A stretch of DNA of 32,000 nt from Mycolicibacterium smegmatis (lineage in GTDB: Bacteria; Actinomycetota; Actinomycetes; Mycobacteriales; Mycobacteriaceae). Of the stretch, positions 26,318-32,000 are shown piece by piece. Where the stretch lies: assembly GCF_001457595.1 (NCBI RefSeq), contig NZ_LN831039.1:6330001-6362000 (forward strand), read 5' to 3'. The notes under the pieces were generated by a model that was given only the letters and a program-made list of their open reading frames with translations, ran no database searches and had not been told where the DNA came from. A program made the translations under genes and the position numbers. Every line of letters starts with the position of its first letter. Position 1 is the stretch's first letter.

Positions 26318-28315
26318 CTACCCGTCGATGCGCCGGGCCCCGAGTTCGTTCTGCAGCAGTTCGAGCGCCACCTCTTCGGGGTCGCGGCGCGGCATCGACT
26401 CCGACGGCTCGGCGGCCGCCTCGGCCAGCATGTCGTCCTCCTCGGCACGCGCGATCTCGACCGGATCCGGGGCGGGCGCCTGCGGGGCCGCGCCACCGGT
26501 CGCCGCGGGTGGGGCCGCCACTGCCGCTTCGGGTGCACCCGTGACGCAGCGGACCTTCCAGTTGACACCCAGCGCATCCTTGAGGGCCTCGCGGATCACC
26601 TCGGAGTTGCGCGATTCGGTGAGACGTTTGGCCAGGGGCGCCGACTCGTGGCTGAGCACCAGCGTGTCACCTTCGACTGCGCGCACGATCGCACCGGACA
26701 GCATCACCTCGGTGGTGCGGCTGCGCTGGCGGACCTTCTCGCGCACGGTCGACCACATGCTGCGCACCGCGGCGGCGTTGGGTTGCCCTGGCACAGAACC
26801 GGTTTCCGCTGCCGGGGCCGGCGCCGCAGGCGCTGCGGCAGGTACGGGTGCGGCAGGTGGGGGCGGCGCCACGGGTTCGGGCGCCGGGCGCGGTGGCGGC
26901 TCGGGGGCCGTGCGTGCCACGGGAGGCTCCGGACGCGGTGCCTGCGGAGCGGGAGCCGGTGCGGGCGGCGCGGCAACTGCGGGGGCCGGCGGCGCGGCAG
27001 GAGTGGGCGGCGCGGCAGGAGTGGGCGGCGTGGCCGGTGCGGGTTCGGCGGCAGGCGGCGAAGCGGCGGCGGCCTGGCTGCGACGCACGAACTGCTTGGC
27101 CGGTTCTGCGGGCGCAACGCCCGAGGACGCCTCGCCGGCCGGGATGGACATGTCGAGCCGGGTCTCGATGCGTTCGATGCGCTGCAGCAGCGCCGATTCG
27201 GTGTCGGCCGCCGACGGCAGCAGCAACCGCGCGCACATCACTTCGAGCAGCAGACGCGGCGCGGTGGCACCGCGCATCTCGCCGAGGCCCGCGTGCACCA
27301 CCTCGGCGTAACGGGTCAGCGTCCCCGCCCCGAGGCGTTCGGCCTGCTCACGCATCCGCTCAAGCACGTCGGTGGGCGCGTCGACCACGCCGCGGGTGAC
27401 GGCGTCGGGCACGGCCTGCAGCACGATCAGGTCGCGGAACCGTTCCAGCAGATCGGTGGCGAAGCGGCGCGGATCGTGGCCCGCGTCGACCACGGCCTCC
27501 ACGGCGCCGAACAGCGCCGCGGCGTCGTTCGCGGCGAGCGCCTCGACGGCGTCGTCGATGAGCGCCAGGTCGGTGGCCCCGAGCAGCGACAGCGCGCGCT
27601 GGTAGGTGATGTGGTTGCCGTTGGCGCCCTGCTCGGAACCGGCCAGCAGCTGGTCGAGCACCGAGAGCGTGTCACGCGGAGATCCGCCGCCGGCGCGGAT
27701 GACCAGCGGATACACGGCGTCGTCGACCTCAACGTTCTCCTCGGCGCAGATGCGCTCAAGAAGCGGCCGCATGGTGCGGGGCGCCAGCAGGCGGAACGGG
27801 TAGTGGTGCGTGCGCGAGCGGATGGTCGGCAGCACCTTTTCGGGTTCGGTGGTGGCGAACACGAAGATCAGGTGGTCCGGCGGCTCCTCGACGATCTTGA
27901 GCAGCGCGTTGAAGCCGGCCGTGGTGACCATGTGCGCCTCGTCGACGATGAAGATGCGGTACCGCGACTGGGCCGGCGCGTAGAACGCGCGGTCGCGCAG
28001 TTCGCGGGTGTCGTCCACACCGCCGTGGCTGGCCGCGTCGAGTTCGACGACGTCGACGTTGCCGGGCCCGTTGGGCGCCAGCGCCACGCACGAGTCGCAC
28101 ACGCCGCACGGCGTCGGCGTCGGCCCCTGCTCACAGTTGAGCGAGCGGGCCAGGATGCGCGCCGACGACGTCTTACCGCAGCCGCGCGGACCCGAGAACA
28201 GGTACGCGTGGTTGATCCGGCCCGCGGTGAGCGCAGTGCACAGCGGCTCGGTGACATGCTCCTGCCCAACAACTTCGGAGAAGGTTGCCGGGCGGTACTT
28301 GCGGTAGAGAGCCAC
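26318..28315 (-). CDS. dnaX: DNA polymerase III subunit gamma/tau
   Basis: 665 aa, GTG start. MALYRKYRPATFSEVVGQEHV.., Walker A ..GPRGCGKTSSARILA.., Zn module ..CGVCDSCVAL.., ..IFIVDEAHM.., ..SRTHHYPFRLL.., then a long Pro/Ala linker and a tau C-terminal domain. Confidence 0.96.
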   Translation of the reverse strand: MALYRKYRPATFSEVVGQEHVTEPLCTALTAGRINHAYLFSGPRGCGKTSSARILARSLNCEQGPTPTPCGVCDSCVALAPNGPGNVDVVELDAASHGGVDDTRELRDRAFYAPAQSRYRIFIVDEAHMVTTAGFNALLKIVEEPPDHLIFVFATTEPEKVLPTIRSRTHHYPFRLLAPRTMRPLLERICAEENVEVDDAVYPLVIRAGGGSPRDTLSVLDQLLAGSEQGANGNHITYQRALSLLGATDLALIDDAVEALAANDAAALFGAVEAVVDAGHDPRRFATDLLERFRDLIVLQAVPDAVTRGVVDAPTDVLERMREQAERLGAGTLTRYAEVVHAGLGEMRGATAPRLLLEVMCARLLLPSAADTESALLQRIERIETRLDMSIPAGEASSGVAPAEPAKQFVRRSQAAAASPPAAEPAPATPPTPAAPPTPAAPPAPAVAAPPAPAPAPQAPRPEPPVARTAPEPPPRPAPEPVAPPPPAAPVPAAAPAAPAPAAETGSVPGQPNAAAVRSMWSTVREKVRQRSRTTEVMLSGAIVRAVEGDTLVLSHESAPLAKRLTESRNSEVIREALKDALGVNWKVRCVTGAPEAAVAAPPAATGGAAPQAPAPDPVEIARAEEDDMLAEAAAEPSESMPRRDPEEVALELLQNELGARRIDG
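26988..27041. repeat. 18-bp tandem repeat inside the dnaX Pro/Ala linker
   Basis: GGCGGCGCGGCAGGAGTG occurs at 26988-27005 and, identically, at 27006-27023, followed by a degenerate third unit (27024-27041). On the coding strand it encodes ..PTPAAP-PTPAAP... Confidence 0.8.
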
Positions 28316-28341
28316 GGGTGAAGGCTACCGATAGGTCCCGA

Positions 28342-29682
<1,341 letters not shown>

Positions 29683-29685
29683 TCA

Positions 29686-29775
29686 AGGGGACCCCGCGCA
29701 CCCGCCAGAGCCCGTTGACCCTTGCTGCCTTCCGGCCCTGGGGGAGTTCACAGGATGGACGCCGCGCGGGGTCCA
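29686..29775 (-). ncRNA. ffs: Signal recognition particle RNA (small bacterial 4.5S type)
   Basis: The minus-strand read is GGACCCCGCGCGGCGUCCAUCCUGUGAACUCCCCCAGGGCCGGAAGGCAGCAAGGGUCAACGGGCUCUGGCGGGUGCGCGGGGUCCCC. It contains the conserved domain IV core (..GGCCGGAAGGCAGCAAGG.., compare E. coli ..GUCCGGAAGGAAGCAGCCAAGG..), closed by the perfect helix GGACCCCGCGC/GCGCGGGGUCC. The ends are approximate. Confidence 0.75.
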
Positions 29776-29846
29776 CGATGAGTGTAGTACGTGCCGCCGA
29801 CCCCGAGTTTTCGGGACAGGTGGGGGCTTCGGTTACCATTGCCGAC

Positions 29847-29932
29847 GGAGGATTCGCCTAGTGGCCTATGGCGCTCGCCTGGAACGCGGGTTGGGTTAAT
29901 AGCCCTCGCGGGTTCAAATCCCGCATCCTCCG
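29847..29932 (+). tRNA. serT: tRNA-Ser (anticodon GGA), class II with long variable arm
   Basis: Manual fold: acceptor GGAGGAT/ATCCTCC; anticodon stem CTCGC/GCGGG with loop CTGGAAC (GGA); 17-nt variable arm TTGGGTTAATAGCCCTC; T arm GCGGG-TTCAAAT-CCCGC; discriminator G. CCA is not encoded. Confidence 0.95.
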
Positions 29933-29940
29933 CACGAGGT

Positions 29941-29986
29941 CCCGGGGTGCGACCAGGAGCTTCACAGCTCCCGGTCGCACCCCGGG
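29941..29986 (+). terminator. Long GC hairpin immediately downstream of tRNA-Ser (terminator/processing candidate)
   Basis: CCCGGGGTGCGACCAGGAGCT (29941-29961) pairs with AGCTCCCGGTCGCACCCCGGG (29966-29986), with 20 of 21 positions complementary and a 4-nt loop, TCAC. No U-tract follows. Confidence 0.45.
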
Positions 29987-30009
29987 CCATAGCTGGACCA
30001 AGGAGGAGT

Positions 30010-30879
30010 ATGGGCCGCACCGTCGCGGTGACCTGGCATGTGGCGTCCACCCTCATTGCCGCCGGCCTGTTCTTCTTCTTCGTCATCCCCCGCTGGCCCG
30101 AGTTGATGGGTGAGACGTCGCCCACGCTGGGAACGGTTCTGCGGATCGTGACCGGCGTGCTGGTCGCGCTCACCGCTCTGCCGGTCGTGTTCACGCTCCT
30201 GCGCACCCGCCGCCCGGAGCTCGGTACGCCCGAACTCGCGTTGCGGCTTCGCACCACCTCGATCGTGTTCCACGTCCTCGCGGGTGTGCTGATCGTCGGC
30301 ACCGCGATCGCCGAGATCTGGGTGTCGCTCGACAGTGCCGGTTCGTGGCTTTTCGGTATCTACGGCGCCGCGGCGGCCCTCGCCCTGCTGGGCGCCTTCG
30401 GCTTCTACCTCGCCTTCATCGCCGAGCTGCCGCCCCCGCCGCCGAAACCGGTCAAGCCCAAGGTCAACGCCGTGCGGCGCAACACGCGCGCGGCCAAGGA
30501 CACGGCGGACGCCGACGAGATCGACAAAGACGCGGCCGACGAAGACGAGGCCGGCGAAGGCGAAGACGCCACCGAGCGGGCCGAGGACAGCGCGGACGAA
30601 CCGTCGGACGACACCGCTGTGGAGGCGTCCGACGAGGACGCCGACCAGACCGAGGACGCGACGTCCGAGAACAACGACGAGCCGAGAGCCGCCGAACCCG
30701 AGTCGAAAGCTGTCGAGCCCGAGTCCACGGCAGTGGAAGCCGAGAGCCTCGACGGCGCCGACACCGACGATTCGTCGGGCGGCAAACTGCGCAACCGACG
30801 GCCGTCGAACAAGGCGAACAAGGGTGGCAGCTCGCGGTTCCGGCGGCGCTCCCGCGGCGGCATCACAGTCGAGGAGTGA
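30010..30879 (+). CDS. Conserved membrane protein with poly-Pro, acidic and basic C-terminal tail
   Basis: ATG 30010 (AGGAGGAG at 30001-30008) within ORF 29791..30879. It has four predicted TM helices, then PPPPPKPVKPK, a D/E-rich tract (..DADEIDKDAADEDEAGEGEDATERAEDSADEPSDD..) and a basic end (..RNRRPSNKANKGGSSRFRRRSRGG..). Confidence 0.7.
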   Translation: MGRTVAVTWHVASTLIAAGLFFFFVIPRWPELMGETSPTLGTVLRIVTGVLVALTALPVVFTLLRTRRPELGTPELALRLRTTSIVFHVLAGVLIVGTAIAEIWVSLDSAGSWLFGIYGAAAALALLGAFGFYLAFIAELPPPPPKPVKPKVNAVRRNTRAAKDTADADEIDKDAADEDEAGEGEDATERAEDSADEPSDDTAVEASDEDADQTEDATSENNDEPRAAEPESKAVEPESTAVEAESLDGADTDDSSGGKLRNRRPSNKANKGGSSRFRRRSRGGITVEE

Positions 30880-30923
30880 GCGCGCGCGTCGACAGCGACG
30901 TCAGTCGCCGCCAAGATGGGTGC

Positions 30924-31946
30924 ATGGGCAAACCACGCTCGCGACAATTCGGATCGGTGATCCTCGCGGCCCTCGTCGCTTTCGCGACGCTGCTGCTTCC
31001 CGCGGCACCGGCCGCCGCTGAACCCGCTGACCCGCTTGCCGCGGCGGCCGCGGTGGAACCCGCGGTGGCCCGCATCGACACGGTCGTCGACTATCAGCAG
31101 GCCTACGGCGTCGGCACCGGTTTCGTCCTGTCGCCCAACGGCGAGGTGCTCACCAACTACCACGTGGTGCAGGGTGCCAACACCATCAACGCCACGGTCA
31201 ACGGTGCATCGTTCATGGCCGATCTGGTGGGCTACAACCGCCGCGCCGACATCGCGGTGCTGCAGTTGCGCGGCGCAGGCGGGCTGCCGACCGCGTCGAT
31301 CGGCGATTCGCGCAGCCTGGTCGAGGGTGAACCCGTCGTCGCGCTGGGCAACGCGTACGGCTCCAACGCCCCGCTCACGCGTGAGGTCGGCACCGTCACG
31401 GCGTTCGGCCGGACCGTCAACGCCGAGGATTCCCTGACCGGCACCAAGGACGAACTGACCGGCCTGATCGAGTTCGCCGCACCCGTGCGCGCCGGCGACT
31501 CGGGCGGTCCCGTCGTCGACGGCGCAGGTCAGGTCGTCGGCGTGACGACGGCCGCGTCGGTGAACTTCCGCATGGGTCCCGGCGGCAAGGGCTTCGCGAT
31601 CCCGATCAACGACGCGATGGCCGTCGCCAACCAGATCCGGTCGCGCACCCCGTCGCCGGAGGTCCACATCGGCCCGCCCACACTGCTGGGGGTCGGGGTG
31701 CGCACCGCGCAGCGGTCCGGTGGCGGCGTGATCATCCAGGACGTGCTGCGTGGTGGCCCCGCCGAGGCGGCGGGCCTGGTACCCGGCGACATCCTGATGT
31801 CCATCGAGGGCACCCCGCTGGATACGGCCCGCACGCTCACGCTGGTGCTCGACCAGCACTATCCGGGCGATGTGGTCGATCTCACGTGGCGTGATCGCGG
31901 CGGTTTCGACCGTAACGGCAAGGCCACGCTCGCGGCAGGTCCGTAA
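30924..31946 (+). CDS. Secreted trypsin-like serine protease with C-terminal PDZ domain (PepA/MTB32A-like, S1C)
   Basis: ATG 30924 within ORF 30345..31946. It has a signal peptide (..AALVAFATLLLPAAPAAAEP..), a catalytic triad context (..LTNYHVV.., ..ADIAVLQL.., ..GDSGGPVV..) and a PDZ domain (..GVIIQDVLRGGPAEAAGLVPGDILMSIEG..). It is colinear with M. tuberculosis PepA as I recall it. Confidence 0.9.
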   Translation: MGKPRSRQFGSVILAALVAFATLLLPAAPAAAEPADPLAAAAAVEPAVARIDTVVDYQQAYGVGTGFVLSPNGEVLTNYHVVQGANTINATVNGASFMADLVGYNRRADIAVLQLRGAGGLPTASIGDSRSLVEGEPVVALGNAYGSNAPLTREVGTVTAFGRTVNAEDSLTGTKDELTGLIEFAAPVRAGDSGGPVVDGAGQVVGVTTAASVNFRMGPGGKGFAIPINDAMAVANQIRSRTPSPEVHIGPPTLLGVGVRTAQRSGGGVIIQDVLRGGPAEAAGLVPGDILMSIEGTPLDTARTLTLVLDQHYPGDVVDLTWRDRGGFDRNGKATLAAGP

Positions 31947-32000
31947 GCGGAGAACACGGGGGCAGGCCTGGATAGGCTCAGTCCGTGGTCACACTCGACC

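Noticed and set aside
26318-28315. Programmed -1 frameshift or transcriptional slippage site in dnaX producing a separate gamma subunit
   Set aside because: I found no A AAA AAG-type heptamer or long homopolymeric A run on the coding strand; the best is GAAAAG near 27836-27842. There is no sequence support here.
29847-32000. tRNA-Ser as an attachment site of an integrated element or prophage
   Set aside because: No direct repeat of the tRNA 3' half occurs downstream in the window. There are no integrase, excisionase or phage-like ORFs. The downstream genes (membrane protein, PepA-like protease) look like ordinary chromosomal genes.

Overview
This is a densely coding, visibly high-GC actinobacterial chromosome segment. 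Real frames show strong G/C at codon position 3, and long spurious ORFs appear in the other frames. From leuA to tRNA-Ser the gene order matches what I recall for Mycobacterium tuberculosis Rv3710-Rv3723: leuA, dnaQ, murT, gatD, recR, ybaB, ami1, an SRPBCC protein, an FAD oxidoreductase, a Cfa-like methyltransferase, dnaX, aspC, ffs and tRNA-Ser. Additional genes suggest a fast-growing Mycolicibacterium, probably M. smegmatis-like; this is an inference from memory, not a search.

The left 11 kb is a co-directional nitrogen-scavenging block. It starts with an Amt ammonium/methylammonium channel behind phased GlnR-type pentamers. Next come a GlnT/GmaS-like glutamine-synthetase homologue, a split glutamate-synthase-like trio (class II GATase, GXGXG, FMN domain), a single FAD amine oxidase/dehydrogenase and an XRE-cupin regulator. 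These are followed by an atypical three-gene nitrile-hydratase-like cluster and a tightly linked MgtE channel. In that cluster the alpha subunit has a C-A-L-C-S-C-Y metal claw and an N-terminal (His-Asp)n tail, and the beta subunit has an N-terminal extension.

leuA is preceded by a Leu-codon-rich mini-ORF plus hairpin. It is followed by a short (about 1070 aa) large-type NAD-glutamate dehydrogenase.

Other points are:
- a roughly 60-nt palindromic repeat present on both sides of an MBL hydrolase gene;
- an 18-bp tandem repeat in the dnaX Pro/Ala linker;
- a minus-strand SRP RNA;
- a 21-bp hairpin after tRNA-Ser;
- a likely leaderless murT.

I saw no CRISPR array, transposase, integrase or prophage signature.
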